DNA of 64,000 nt from an uncultured Bacteroidota bacterium (GTDB lineage: Bacteria; Bacteroidota; Bacteroidia; Flavobacteriales; Schleiferiaceae): positions 10,005-74,004 of the forward strand of contig CAJXNI010000013.1 in assembly GCA_913057235.1 (NCBI GenBank), in the 5' to 3' direction. Of this stretch, positions 36,746 through 46,619 are shown one piece after another (positions within the stretch are counted from its first letter, which is position 1; each line of letters starts with the position of its first letter). Under the pieces are notes generated by a model. The model was not told the DNA's origin. It saw only the letters and a list, made by a program, of their open reading frames with translations, and did no database searches. A program made the position numbers and the translations under genes.

Positions 36746-39700
36746 CTACATATTCCTTCTATACTGCCCTCCTACTTCAAACAAGGCAGAGGTGATTTGG
36801 CCCAAGGAGCAATACTTCACCGCTTCCATAAGCACGTCAAAAAGGTTATCATTGTGAATGGCTGCCTGCTGCAGATTCTGCAACCACTTCTCGCTATGGT
36901 CCTTATTTTTGCTGTGCAAGCGGCCCAGCATTTCTATCTGGTATTCTTTCTCCTCTTTAGTGGCCCTAATCACCTCTCCAGGCCGCACCGTTGGAGAGCC
37001 TGTGGAACTTAAGAAGGTGTTCACGCCAATAATAGGAAATTCACCCGTGTGCTTGAGGGTTTCATAGTAAAGGCTTTCTTCCTGAATTTTACCGCGTTGG
37101 TACATGGTCTCCATCGCGCCAAGCACCCCGCCTCTTTCTGTGATACGGTCAAACTCGGCTAAAACGGCTTCTTCTACTAAGTCGGTCAGCTCTTCAATAA
37201 TAAAGCTGCCCTGTATGGGGTTTTCGTTTTTGGCAAGTCCCAGTTCTTTATTGATGATCAACTGAATAGCCATCGCTCTACGCACACTTTCTTCGGTAGG
37301 CGTGGTGATGGCCTCATCGTAAGCATTGGTGTGCAGAGAGTTACAGTTATCGTAGATCGCGTAAAGCGCCTGCAGTGTGGTGCGGATGTCGTTGAACTGA
37401 ATCTCCTGTGCGTGCAATGAACGCCCTGAAGTCTGAATGTGGTATTTAAGCATTTGCGCACGAGGTGAAGCTCCATACTTCTCCTTCATGGCCTTACTCC
37501 AAATTTTTCGGGCCACACGGCCAATTACTGCGTACTCAGGATCAATACCGTTGCTAAAAAAGAAGCTCAGGTTAGGACCAAATTTGTCGATATCCATGCC
37601 GCGGCTCAGGTAGTATTCCACATAAGTGAAACCATTGGCCAAGGTAAATGCGAGTTGCGTAATGGGGTTGGCGCCTGCCTCAGCAATGTGGTAGCCGCTA
37701 ATAGATACCGAGTAAAAGTTACGCACTTTCTTGGCGATAAAGCTTTCCTGCACGTCACCCATCAGGCGTAAAGCAAACTCAGTGGAAAATATGCAGGTGT
37801 TTTGGGCCTGATCTTCTTTCAGAATATCAGCCTGAACAGTACCACGCACTGTGGCCAGCGTTTTGGCTTTAATTTCACCATACACTTGAGGTTCTAACAC
37901 TTGATCACCTGTAATGCCTAAAAGCATAAGACCTAAACCGTTGTTGCCTTCCGGCAGATCGCCATCAACGTTTACACCAGAAAGAACTTTCTGCTGGGTC
38001 GTTTCGGTAACCTCAGTGGCCCCGGTTTCAATTGCTTTATTATCCTCTATTTTGGCTTCCTCACCGCGTTTGGCAATATTGCCTTGATATTTTGGACGCT
38101 CTAAACCCTGATCATCGTACAGTTCCTTAAGCTTAGCCTCTACCTTACTTTCCAAACCGTTTTCACGGATGTACTTCTCACATTCTTGATCTATGGCCGC
38201 ATTCATAAAGAAAGCTAAAAGCATGGGCGCAGGACCATTAATGGTCATACTTACCGAGGTGGTTGGGGCCGTTAATTCAAAGCCTGAGTATAGTTTCTTG
38301 GCGTCATCTAAACAACATATGCTTACCCCGGAATTACCAATTTTCCCGTAAATATCAGGACGGTAGTCCGGATCATTACCATAAAGTGTTACCGAATCAA
38401 AAGCAGTACTCAAACGCGCAGCTGGCATATCCTGACTCACGTAGTGAAAACGCCTGTTGGTGCGCTCAGGGCCTCCTTCTCCGGCAAACATTCGGGTAGG
38501 GTCTTCACCAGTTCTTTTAAAAGGATAGATTCCTGCAGTGTATGGGAATTCACCCGGAACGTTTTCTTGCAGATTCCATTTAAGCAGGTCACCCCAGGCG
38601 GTGTATTTGGGCACTGCAACCTTTGGTACTTGCGTGTGACTCAGCGATTTGGTGTGTGTTTCAATTTCAATTTTTTTGTCACGCACGGTAAAGGTGTACA
38701 CCTCATCTTTATAGCGCTTCACTTTAGCCTCCCACCCGGAAATTATATCCCAGTTGTGAGGATCCAAGTCTTTTTTGATTTCTATGAATTTATCGATGAG
38801 GGTAGCTACAGTAGTGTCTTCCCCCCCGCTGCGCGGCCCCCCTCCAGAGGGGGCTAAGCCCCCTTGCCCTTCGGGCGTTCCCCTTGAGGGAGAAATGGGC
38901 TGACCAGATAAGTCCTGGCCGGAACCAGCTCCCTTCCTCTGGGGAAGGGTTGGGGATGGGCTTTTCAGCAAATCGGGCCCACCAAAGGTTAGTACGGCCT
39001 GGTAAAGCCCAAAGAGTTTTTGTGCTACCGCAGCCTGCTCTTTGGCTTTCTTGTCATAAGCGCGATTATTCTCCGCAATCTCAGACAAATAACGGGTGCG
39101 GTTAGGCGGAATAATGTAAATTTTCTCGCTCATTTCGGCACTGCTTAAGAAACTGGTCTTTAGCTGATCAGCGCCTGTTTTCTCTACAATTTTGTTCATC
39201 AAAGCTCGGTACAGCTGGTTGGTACCAGGATCATTAAACTGGCTGGCAATACTGCCGTAAACGGGCATTGCATCTGGGTCTTGATCAAACATCTGATGGT
39301 TGCGTTGATATTGCTTTTTAACATCGCGCAAAGCATCTAAAGCCCCTCTTTTATCAAATTTGTTGAGGGCGATGATGTCGGCAAAATCCAGCATGTCAAT
39401 TTTTTCCAACTGCGTAGCTGCCCCGTATTCTGGGGTCATCACATAGAGTGAAACATCACTGTGCTCTATAATTTCCGTGTCACTCTGTCCAATACCCGAG
39501 GTCTCCAAAATAATCAGGTCGTATTTAGCCGCCTTGAGAATATTTACCGCCTCTTGCACATGTTTACTCAAGGCAAGATTACTCTGCCGAGTAGCTAATG
39601 AACGCATGTATACTCGCTTATTGCGGATGGCGTTCATGCGGATGCGGTCTCCCAAAAGGGCACCACCTGTTTTACGTTTACTGGGGTCAACTGATACAAT

Positions 39701-40390
39701 CGCGATGGTTTTGTCTTCAAAATCTAGTAGGAATCTACGCACCAGTTCATCTACCAAAGAAGACTTACCAGCCCCTCCTGTACCCGTAATACCTAGTACC
39801 GGTGTTTTAACTTCTGTTGCTCTCTTGTCAATGACATCCAACACTTCTTTGGACTCATCCATGTAGTTTTCAGCAGCCGAAATAAGCCGGGCAATGGCCG
39901 GTTTGAATTTTTCCTCTAACTGATCTACCTCTCCATTGATTTCTTTTCCAGTGGGGAAATCTGCTTTTTCCACCATGTCATTAATCATGCCCTGTAAGCC
40001 CATTTCGCGGCCATCGTCTGGCGAGTAGATTCTGTCAATGCCATACTCGTGAAGTTCCTCTATTTCCTCAGGAAGAATCACTCCTCCTCCACCACCAAAA
40101 ATTTTGATGTGCTTTGCTCCCTTCTCATTCAAAAGGTCACGCATGTATTTGAAGTACTCTATGTGTCCGCCTTGGTACGAAGTCATGGCTATGGCCTGAG
40201 CGTCTTCCTGAATAGCGGTGTTTACTACCTCTTCTACCGAACGGTCATGACCCAAGTGAATCACTTCGCAACCCGTGGCTTGGATAATGCGCCTCATCAC
40301 GTTAATAGCAGCATCATGGCCATCAAAAAGGGAGGCGGCTGTTACTATTCTAATCTTGTTTTTGGGCTTATAGGGCGCTATTTGCTGCAT
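36746..40390 (-). CDS. icmF: Fused isobutyryl-CoA mutase-like protein (B12-binding domain + MeaB-like G-protein + acyl-CoA mutase barrel), 1214 aa
   Basis: [22 protein letters not shown] (DxHxxG B12 motif), [15 protein letters not shown] (P-loop) with NKFD, and mutase-domain blocks ([77 protein letters not shown]). Confidence 0.88.
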   Translation of the reverse strand: MQQIAPYKPKNKIRIVTAASLFDGHDAAINVMRRIIQATGCEVIHLGHDRSVEEVVNTAIQEDAQAIAMTSYQGGHIEYFKYMRDLLNEKGAKHIKIFGGGGGVILPEEIEELHEYGIDRIYSPDDGREMGLQGMINDMVEKADFPTGKEINGEVDQLEEKFKPAIARLISAAENYMDESKEVLDVIDKRATEVKTPVLGITGTGGAGKSSLVDELVRRFLLDFEDKTIAIVSVDPSKRKTGGALLGDRIRMNAIRNKRVYMRSLATRQSNLALSKHVQEAVNILKAAKYDLIILETSGIGQSDTEIIEHSDVSLYVMTPEYGAATQLEKIDMLDFADIIALNKFDKRGALDALRDVKKQYQRNHQMFDQDPDAMPVYGSIASQFNDPGTNQLYRALMNKIVEKTGADQLKTSFLSSAEMSEKIYIIPPNRTRYLSEIAENNRAYDKKAKEQAAVAQKLFGLYQAVLTFGGPDLLKSPSPTLPQRKGAGSGQDLSGQPISPSRGTPEGQGGLAPSGGGPRSGGEDTTVATLIDKFIEIKKDLDPHNWDIISGWEAKVKRYKDEVYTFTVRDKKIEIETHTKSLSHTQVPKVAVPKYTAWGDLLKWNLQENVPGEFPYTAGIYPFKRTGEDPTRMFAGEGGPERTNRRFHYVSQDMPAARLSTAFDSVTLYGNDPDYRPDIYGKIGNSGVSICCLDDAKKLYSGFELTAPTTSVSMTINGPAPMLLAFFMNAAIDQECEKYIRENGLESKVEAKLKELYDDQGLERPKYQGNIAKRGEEAKIEDNKAIETGATEVTETTQQKVLSGVNVDGDLPEGNNGLGLMLLGITGDQVLEPQVYGEIKAKTLATVRGTVQADILKEDQAQNTCIFSTEFALRLMGDVQESFIAKKVRNFYSVSISGYHIAEAGANPITQLAFTLANGFTYVEYYLSRGMDIDKFGPNLSFFFSNGIDPEYAVIGRVARKIWSKAMKEKYGASPRAQMLKYHIQTSGRSLHAQEIQFNDIRTTLQALYAIYDNCNSLHTNAYDEAITTPTEESVRRAMAIQLIINKELGLAKNENPIQGSFIIEELTDLVEEAVLAEFDRITERGGVLGAMETMYQRGKIQEESLYYETLKHTGEFPIIGVNTFLSSTGSPTVRPGEVIRATKEEKEYQIEMLGRLHSKNKDHSEKWLQNLQQAAIHNDNLFDVLMEAVKYCSLGQITSALFEVGGQYRRNM
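38821..38965. repeat. GC-rich cluster of four short palindromes (REP/MITE-like segment) lying in frame inside icmF
   Basis: The 60-nt line starting at 38821 has 47 G+C, against 21 of 60 in the preceding line. Hairpins: ccccctc/gaggggg (38838-38853), ggggc-taa-gcccc (38850-38862), gccc-ttc-gggc (38866-38876) and cccttcc-tctgg-ggaaggg (38931-38949). It encodes the Pro/Gly/Ser-rich stretch [47 protein letters not shown]. Confidence 0.6.
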
Positions 40391-40408
40391 AGTTTAATTT
40401 TGGAAAAG

Positions 40409-40440
40409 CAAAGGTACGAAAGGCACTTTGTTCCGAACAA
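40409..40440 (-). promoter_or_regulatory. Candidate Bacteroidota promoter (TTG-N21-TACCTTTG) for icmF
   Basis: On the minus strand, TACCTTTG (40416..40409) fits TAnnTTTG and a TTG (40440..40438) lies 21 nt upstream. The -7 box ends 18 nt before the ATG at 40390. Confidence 0.4.
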
Positions 40441-40462
40441 GGAGAGAAGAGTGGCTTGCAAC

Positions 40463-40495
40463 AAAAAAGCACCTAACAGAAGACTGTTGGTGCTT
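40463..40495 (-). terminator. Rho-independent terminator closing the polysaccharide operon
   Basis: Minus strand: agcaccaacag / tctt / ctgttaggtgct (one bulge) followed by TTTTTT, about 60 nt after the stop at 40556. Confidence 0.7.
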
Positions 40496-40555
40496 TGGGA
40501 GGCTTACAAAATCTGACACTGTTAAAACCGTGGATTACGGTTTAGCGATCGCTTA

Positions 40556-41149
40556 TCATTCCTTTAGCATCTTCGCAAAAGAAGAGATCAATTCATTTTT
40601 GAAATCTTGGTAATAATATCGGTCTATTCTAAAAAACTTTAGAATATTATCTTGTGCTTCTTTCCACTGCTCCGTAGGTAATATGTAGTAAAAACGGTCT
40701 ACATCTTCGGTGAAGAGTATGGGCTTCTTCACAGCGCTATAGCGTAAAACGCGGAGGTTGTCTTTGCGTACATCAAAACGCATTATTGGAAGTTTAAAGT
40801 TTTCAAAACCTAAATTGGTAATTGCCAAATCAGAAATGATGGGTAAGCTTTTATACTGACACTTACTGAAAAGCCAACTTCCAATTGTAAAAGAAATTGA
40901 GTTTATTTCATAGAGACGGTACAAACCTACCTTGGCACCATTCTCATAAATAACAAAATAGTATTCCTCACCTTTGGCCTCCCTCTTTTTGTAAGCTCTG
41001 ATCCACTCTTTTTGGTCTTCAAGGGACGCAGAAGTAAAATTGAGGTGTTTTTTAAGCTCCGGATCATTCCGGAGTTTAATGATGAACTCTGCGTCATTAA
41101 CCTCTACCAACTTTATTTCATGCCTTTGAATTCCGTTAGTCATTCCCAT
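40556..41149 (-). CDS. GNAT-family N-acetyltransferase (RimJ/RimL-like)
   Basis: IKLVEVNDAEFIIKLRNDPELKKHLNF...QKEWI...YFVIYENGAKVGLYRLYEI has the layout of Acetyltransf_3-type GNATs that are common in glycan loci. Confidence 0.6.
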   Translation of the reverse strand: MGMTNGIQRHEIKLVEVNDAEFIIKLRNDPELKKHLNFTSASLEDQKEWIRAYKKREAKGEEYYFVIYENGAKVGLYRLYEINSISFTIGSWLFSKCQYKSLPIISDLAITNLGFENFKLPIMRFDVRKDNLRVLRYSAVKKPILFTEDVDRFYYILPTEQWKEAQDNILKFFRIDRYYYQDFKNELISSFAKMLKE

Positions 41150-41152
41150 AGA

Positions 41153-41935
41153 TTAATCAAAGAAAGGCTGCCATACCGTTCCCCTTCTCTCTAAAGTAAG
41201 TTTTTTAATAGGAAGCATATTTTTTTCAATGACGACTATAAATGGATAATTATGAACCGAATTAATAATTCTTTGCAAATCAGATGCCGAGGCAATGGCC
41301 TTTTGATTGAGCGCACTAACTAACCCCGAGCAAAATATAGAAAAAGGATGATGAATGCCATGGATATCCTCACATAAATAAACCCCCCCATGGGTCACGT
41401 GAGGCAACAATTCTTCCAAAGAAATCCTTTGCTGATTAGGCCTGTGTCCTCCATCATCAATAATAATATCGAAGGGGCCTTCTTCTTCGATAACTTTTCT
41501 TAAGAAAGCTCTATCGGATTGACTGCCAATGTAAACTTTAGTGTAATTATTCTCGTAGGCCCTGCAATCAGGCTCAATATCTATACCTACAATTCTGCAA
41601 TGGTCACCAAAATAATCACGCCACATTTTTAAACTACCGCCACTATAAATACCAATCTCAAGAATTTTCAGTTTGCGTCCTCTAAATTTATGAAAGTGCC
41701 TATGGTAGATATCAAAGTAGTGGCGCCATTTCCAAATACCATTACCCTTGGTATTATTATTAAAAGAAACACTTAGTGGGTTTGATTCTTCTGCTTCTAC
41801 TAAATCACTTTTATGAGATGTCTTATTTAAGGTTTTACGTTGAGCATAGTCGTAGCCTTTAAAATAACTAGACCTATTGACTAAAATATTTCTAGTAAAC
41901 TTTAGGGCCTGTTTAATTCGAGTCTTTGTTTTCAT
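41153..41935 (-). CDS. Class I SAM-dependent methyltransferase (candidate sugar O-methyltransferase)
   Basis: KILEIGIYSGGSLKMWRDYFGDHCRIVGIDIEP (motif I plus the acidic post-I residue) and FDIIIDDGGHRPNQQ. Confidence 0.7.
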   Translation of the reverse strand: MKTKTRIKQALKFTRNILVNRSSYFKGYDYAQRKTLNKTSHKSDLVEAEESNPLSVSFNNNTKGNGIWKWRHYFDIYHRHFHKFRGRKLKILEIGIYSGGSLKMWRDYFGDHCRIVGIDIEPDCRAYENNYTKVYIGSQSDRAFLRKVIEEEGPFDIIIDDGGHRPNQQRISLEELLPHVTHGGVYLCEDIHGIHHPFSIFCSGLVSALNQKAIASASDLQRIINSVHNYPFIVVIEKNMLPIKKLTLERRGTVWQPFFD

Positions 41936-42086
41936 TGTGCTTATTTCAAGTGTTTGGCATGATTAAAATCCTAAAATGATCTAATTCTTGTGGCTTAGAA
42001 TTATTTACTTGGAAATTTTCGTGCCAGTAAAATGAGACGTTCAAAAAAAGCTATATAAGTTTGTAATCGTGATTTCCAGTTCTTAA

Positions 42087-42506
42087 TCAACGCCTTTTAT
42101 ATCTGTAAAACTGCTCTAGATTTCTTATATAATCCTTCTCAAAAAACTTCTCAGAAGCCAAAACCAAGCAATTACTTCCGGCAGAAAAATTGAAAACCTC
42201 CTTCCAAATACCTGATGGAACAAGCAGCCCTTTATCTGGCTGGTTAAGATGGATTGTACGAATGTCCGAACCATCATCTAAAATAACTTCGAAGCTACCA
42301 CTAACGGCAATAATAACTTGATGCAACTCAATATGAGCGTGCCCACCTCTTCGTCCTCCAGCAGGAACATCAAAGAGGTAAAAACAGCGTTTAACCGGAA
42401 AAGGGAACAACTTATTATTTTCATAAAAAGTAATATTTCCTTCAGCTGTGGTGATTTTTGGTAGCTCTATTACACTACAGTTGTGAATTGTTCTTTCCCT
42501 CATCAT
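42087..42506 (-). CDS. fdtA: WxcM/FdtA-like cupin: dTDP-4-keto-6-deoxyhexose 3,4-ketoisomerase
   Basis: PFPVKRCFYLFDVPAGGRRGGHAHIELHQVIIAVSGSFEVILDDG...LVLASEKFFEKDYIRNLEQF matches the FdtA pattern (RG-HAH, paired His, C-terminal DYIR). Length is 139 aa. Confidence 0.75.
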   Translation of the reverse strand: MMRERTIHNCSVIELPKITTAEGNITFYENNKLFPFPVKRCFYLFDVPAGGRRGGHAHIELHQVIIAVSGSFEVILDDGSDIRTIHLNQPDKGLLVPSGIWKEVFNFSAGSNCLVLASEKFFEKDYIRNLEQFYRYKRR

Positions 42507-43473
42507 GAATTATTAAGGCTGTTCTAGTTTTCAATGTACGCCTAAGGTTTGACTTCAATAAAATATATCCGGCCACCGTGATAAAAGCCACAATCAAGTA
42601 TGTATAACCAGGCATCTTAAATAAGTAGCCCGTTATAATCAGTGCTGAAATTAATAATTGGGTACCTGCATAGATGAAAGCCACTTGTAGATGTTTCCAG
42701 CCAAACTCATTACACAGTTGCTGATACAAATGAGATCGGTGCGCTTCAAAAATATTTTCACCTTGCAGTAAACGCTCCACAATGGTAATAACAGCATCAA
42801 CCCCGTAAACTAAGAAAAATAGGATAAAGAACCAATACTCTGATGTGGCTAATAAATTAATCATCAAAAAGGCGAGTAGAAATGCCAAGGAAACGCTGCC
42901 AATGTCACCGGCAAATAGCAGGGCCTTTCGCCTTACGTTATAAAAAGAAAACACTGCAGTGGTAATTACAGTAGTCACAATAATAGAGTCTTCAATGAAA
43001 AAGACATATTTATTTGTAAGCCATAGAGATCCTAAGACACTCAGCGCATACAATGAGGTGATTCCGTTAATACCATCCATAAAATTATAGGCATTGAGCC
43101 AGCCTACGCTTAATATAGACAAAGCAAGCAGAAATATCCATGAAGAACCAAGGCTATTTACATCCAGAAACATTAATGCCACCGCGGCAAACTGAGTAAG
43201 AAGTCTTAATTTAAAACTCAGCCCTCTAAGATCATCGGTGAAACTTACTAAGGCTACTAATAAAATCCCGCTTAGAAAAAACGGGTATTGATAATCATTT
43301 AGAACAAACCAAACTATGGCTAGGATTGGAAATACAATTCCCCCGCCTCTTACAGTGGGTTTGGTATGGGAAGATCGCTTATTTGGCTGATCTAATATTC
43401 CGAGTCTTAATGCGAGCCTGCGGTACACAAAAAGGGTGACAAAGCTAATTATGGCAACACTCAAATAATTCAT
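42475..43473 (-). CDS. Polyprenyl-phosphate hexosamine-1-phosphate transferase (MraY/WecA family; initiating transferase)
   Basis: DQPNKRSSHTKPTVRGGGIVF and NAYNFMDGINGIT motifs, with about 10 TM helices. I prefer the ATG at 43473 (MNYLSVAII...), which makes an ATGA overlap with the upstream stop. The track start (43512) adds 13 unlikely residues. Confidence 0.8.
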   Translation of the reverse strand: MNYLSVAIISFVTLFVYRRLALRLGILDQPNKRSSHTKPTVRGGGIVFPILAIVWFVLNDYQYPFFLSGILLVALVSFTDDLRGLSFKLRLLTQFAAVALMFLDVNSLGSSWIFLLALSILSVGWLNAYNFMDGINGITSLYALSVLGSLWLTNKYVFFIEDSIIVTTVITTAVFSFYNVRRKALLFAGDIGSVSLAFLLAFLMINLLATSEYWFFILFFLVYGVDAVITIVERLLQGENIFEAHRSHLYQQLCNEFGWKHLQVAFIYAGTQLLISALIITGYLFKMPGYTYLIVAFITVAGYILLKSNLRRTLKTRTALIIHDEGKNNSQL

Positions 43474-44354
43474 GAAATATGGATGGCCTTTACCGCATTT
43501 GAAGGTTCCCAATTTAGCTTTTTTGTGGCTTTCTCACTGCTAAAGGTGAGGTCTGAGGACATCTTTTTTATTGTACTACTGTTTACGGGCACAAATTTTA
43601 GAATATCTCCTAAACTACCCAACACTTTGGCTATTTTAAAACTAATATTTTTAGGAGGTTTAGACTTGATTAGTTGACAGATATGATCCTCAATTTCCTT
43701 GAATGATGGATCTCTTTGATCCGTTAAGTTGAAAATTCCTTCCTTGCCAAGGCTACTTTTTAAGAATTCTGCCACATCATAAGCTGAAACAATGCTCCTC
43801 TTCGCACGCCCGTTATCGATACTTAAATATTTTCCTGTTCTAAGGCCATCAATCATCTTTTTTAAATTACCGGGTGGGTTGGCACCAGATATTAGTGGCA
43901 ATCTCACTATTAAGAGCGGCACTGCATTGGTTTTCGCCCATTCTTGAAGATACGCTTCAGCTTGTATCTTGCTGAGCGCATAAGGGCTTTCTCCTAATAG
44001 GGGAGCCGACTCATCGGTTTGAAGAGGTACATACTCTCCGTAAACTGCCACGGTACTAATAAATATGAAGCCTTTTAGCGTTTGCAGATTTAAGCCCTTG
44101 GTAAGATTTACAGTACCCGTAAGATTTACCTTGAAAAAAGCATCAATCTCCTCCTGGCTTTTAGGAACAGTATGTGCTTTACCCGCTGCATGAATAACGT
44201 ACTCTATATCTGCTGGGAGTTGAGGCACAGCCGCAGCCAAGTCGCATGGAATATCCGCCCCTGAGCGAGCTAAACCTAGTACTTCTTGCCCTGTAAATGC
44301 ATCTTTCAAGATACCTCCTAAGAAACCACTGGTACCGGTTATAAGTGTTTTCAC
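43470..44354 (-). CDS. NAD-dependent epimerase/dehydratase (extended SDR)
   Basis: N-terminal TLITGTSGFLGGIL Rossmann motif and a YALSK catalytic YxxxK. Confidence 0.75.
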   Translation of the reverse strand: MKTLITGTSGFLGGILKDAFTGQEVLGLARSGADIPCDLAAAVPQLPADIEYVIHAAGKAHTVPKSQEEIDAFFKVNLTGTVNLTKGLNLQTLKGFIFISTVAVYGEYVPLQTDESAPLLGESPYALSKIQAEAYLQEWAKTNAVPLLIVRLPLISGANPPGNLKKMIDGLRTGKYLSIDNGRAKRSIVSAYDVAEFLKSSLGKEGIFNLTDQRDPSFKEIEDHICQLIKSKPPKNISFKIAKVLGSLGDILKFVPVNSSTIKKMSSDLTFSSEKATKKLNWEPSNAVKAIHIS

Positions 44355-44355
44355 T

Positions 44356-45486
44356 TTATAGATTTAAGGCTTCAACAATACTTTTAAAAACTTGCTTCTG
44401 CTCAAATTTTTGATCAAATAAAGCTCTACTTTCCTTAGCCATAGCCTGCTTGGCCTCATCGCTAAGCTGATTGTAATTTAACAAAGCTTCTTTCAAAGCT
44501 TTTGCTGATTTTGGTGCAACTAAAAAACCATTTACACCATCAACGCAAGTTTCTCGGCAGCCTTTGTGATCTGTGGTAATAATGGGTTTTCGCATGGCCA
44601 AAGACTCGGTTAAGGACCGGGGTACGCCCTCTGGATAGTAGCTGGGCAATACCACCGCCTCCGCAATGGAAACTATGTAACGCACATCTGACTGGTACCC
44701 CAAAAGATGGATGGCAGCATTTGGCTCAACCAATTGCTGTAACTCCCTTTCCAGACCCGCATCATCATACCACCCAGCAATTACCAAATCAAAATCCAAG
44801 CGTGTTTCTTTGGCTGCCTGAAGGTATCCCTCAACCAACTCTTTCACCCCTTTCTCACGAACAATTCTGCTGCATAAAAGCAGGTAGGGCCTTTGCGGAA
44901 GCTTCAGCCTTTCACGGTCTTTCTGATCATCAAAGGTGAAGTTTTCAAAGCGCGACTGGTCTACCCCGCTGCCATAAGTTAGAACTAACTTAGGCTTGGG
45001 TAAGTAAGGCTTTAGCAAAGCCAAATCATCTTTATTCTGAATGATTACATAATCGGCTCGGTTAAGAACTTTAGTGTAAACTCTGAAAATTTGGCGAATT
45101 AAGAAATTACGGTCCTGCTTATCTAAAAACCCAAGGCCGGCAATAGTTCCTGCCGCTTTAACGCCAGGTACCGCTTTGGCCGCCATAATGCCAATTAAAT
45201 TGGGGAAAAACTTAAGGGTGTACACCAAATCAAAACCACCTGCTTTAATCTGTTTTTTAAGCTGACGATAAAAAGTGGCGAAATAAAAAACTGCCAAGGC
45301 ACTTCTCTGGTACTTGTAAAAAGTTACCGGATGCCCCTGTTTTTCAACCTCAGGCTGGTATTTATCTTTAGGCACCATGGCGTGCACTTCAACCTCGCGT
45401 TCCTTTAAAAAACTTAAAAACTTGCTTCGGTACGCAATGTAATCTTCGCCAAAATGGGCTACCAGTAATAGTTTCCTCCTACTCAA
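44356..45486 (-). CDS. Glycosyltransferase, GT-B fold (GT4-like)
   Basis: C-terminal half has PSYYPEGVPRSLTESLAMRKPIITTD (an EX7E-type motif). Confidence 0.75.
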   Translation of the reverse strand: MSRRKLLLVAHFGEDYIAYRSKFLSFLKEREVEVHAMVPKDKYQPEVEKQGHPVTFYKYQRSALAVFYFATFYRQLKKQIKAGGFDLVYTLKFFPNLIGIMAAKAVPGVKAAGTIAGLGFLDKQDRNFLIRQIFRVYTKVLNRADYVIIQNKDDLALLKPYLPKPKLVLTYGSGVDQSRFENFTFDDQKDRERLKLPQRPYLLLCSRIVREKGVKELVEGYLQAAKETRLDFDLVIAGWYDDAGLERELQQLVEPNAAIHLLGYQSDVRYIVSIAEAVVLPSYYPEGVPRSLTESLAMRKPIITTDHKGCRETCVDGVNGFLVAPKSAKALKEALLNYNQLSDEAKQAMAKESRALFDQKFEQKQVFKSIVEALNL

Positions 45487-46619
45487 ATTACTAGGTTTTT
45501 ATAAACCTCAACGGTTTGTTCCGCGCAAGCTTTCCAGGTAAAGTCTTGGGCCCTTTGCAAACCTTTGGCTACTAGCTCCTTTCTTACAATCTCATTTTCC
45601 AGCACATGAAGCATCGTTTCTGCCAGGGCTTGCTCATTATAGGGGTCAACCAAAGCTGCTGCTCCCCCGGCTATTTCTGGTAAGCACGACAGGTTGGAAG
45701 TTACTACCGGGCAACCGCTGGCCATGGCCTCTAAAATGGTTAAGCCAAAGCCTTCAAATAAAGAAGGATACACAAAAAGCTCTGCTTGGCGATACAGCGC
45801 GCGGAGTTGCTCATCGCTCACATAGCCCATAAAATGCACCCTATCTTGTAATTGGTACTTGGCCACTAGATCTTTTACCTCAGCGTCATCCCAACCGCTG
45901 CCGCCCACGGTAACCAAATGGTGATTGGTTTTATTCTTGATTAAATTTAACGCTTGAACCACTCTGGCCAGGTTCTTACGCGGGCTTATAGCACCTGCCG
46001 CCAAGATAAAGGGCGCTTTTGGCATACTCAAAGAGTTTAATGCACTAAAATTAGGCTCCTCAAAAAAATGCGATGAAACCCCTTCTAAAATTACCCGCAC
46101 CTTAGCTGAAATGTCTTTTTGATAGGTTTTGTGTACATACTCTGTGAGAGCGTTAGCGGTAGTTTGGCTTACACAAATAAAAATGCGTGCCTGTTTTACC
46201 GCACGGTCTAAGCTTTTCCGCAAAATCCAGCTGGGTTTATCCGTGAAAAACTGCGGATGGGTGAGCGGCCCAATGTCATGAATAGTAATTAAAAACGGTT
46301 TTTGAGTAGCCACCGCATAGCCTAAAGACTGGGAGTGCACAAGGTCTACCGGTGATTTTAGCCCCCACTCTAAAGGTGGAAAGTTAAATTGGCTCCATAG
46401 CAGAGGGGTTATTTTTCGCCCCCAAGGCAAGATTTTTAGGCCTGTTTTGGCCTGCAGTTGCGCTAGGTCTTCTGGACTGCGCTCACTCCAGGTAGCAACA
46501 GGAATGAGCCTAGGAGTATTAGGTACCTCTTGAACAGCTGAAAAAAGATTGTGGGTAAAACGGGCAATACCGTGCCCCTGCGCCTGCGCAAACTGATTCG
46601 CAAAAAAGGCTATGTTCAC
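45483..46619 (-). CDS. Glycosyltransferase family 4
   Basis: YPSLFEGFGLTILEAMASGCPVVTSN. 4-nt overlaps at both ends. Confidence 0.85.
   Translation of the reverse strand: MNIAFFANQFAQAQGHGIARFTHNLFSAVQEVPNTPRLIPVATWSERSPEDLAQLQAKTGLKILPWGRKITPLLWSQFNFPPLEWGLKSPVDLVHSQSLGYAVATQKPFLITIHDIGPLTHPQFFTDKPSWILRKSLDRAVKQARIFICVSQTTANALTEYVHKTYQKDISAKVRVILEGVSSHFFEEPNFSALNSLSMPKAPFILAAGAISPRKNLARVVQALNLIKNKTNHHLVTVGGSGWDDAEVKDLVAKYQLQDRVHFMGYVSDEQLRALYRQAELFVYPSLFEGFGLTILEAMASGCPVVTSNLSCLPEIAGGAAALVDPYNEQALAETMLHVLENEIVRKELVAKGLQRAQDFTWKACAEQTVEVYKNLVI

Noticed and set aside
36627-36857. 76-aa plus-strand ORF in the GT61/icmF junction
   Set aside because: It overlaps both flanking minus-strand CDSs on the opposite strand. 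It has no motif or plausible promoter.
38821-38965. Possibility that the icmF insert is an intein or an IS element
   Set aside because: It encodes only about 48 aa, has no intein splicing blocks (no Cys/Ser...HN-Cys architecture) and has no transposase ORF. A non-autonomous palindromic repeat or simple linker is the only tenable reading.
38444-39105. Plus-strand ORFs (137 aa and 73 aa) spanning the GC-rich element
   Set aside because: They are antisense to icmF, which has unbroken conserved motifs on both sides. Their translations are Pro/Gly/Arg-rich artefacts of GC-rich sequence.
40391-40470. A 'gccactc' B12-box-like string upstream of the B12-dependent icmF
   Set aside because: Only about 70 nt separate the upstream operon's terminator from the ATG. 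That is far too short for a cobalamin riboswitch, and the match is a single imperfect heptamer.
40049-40516. 155-aa plus-strand ORF crossing the icmF start
   Set aside because: It is antisense to the B12-binding domain of icmF and runs through a promoter/terminator region. It has no motifs.
43474-43512. Longer start for the WecA-like gene (MGTFKCGKGHPYF...)
   Set aside because: It would overlap the upstream epimerase gene by 43 nt. The ATG at 43473 gives a canonical ATGA junction and a hydrophobic first helix.
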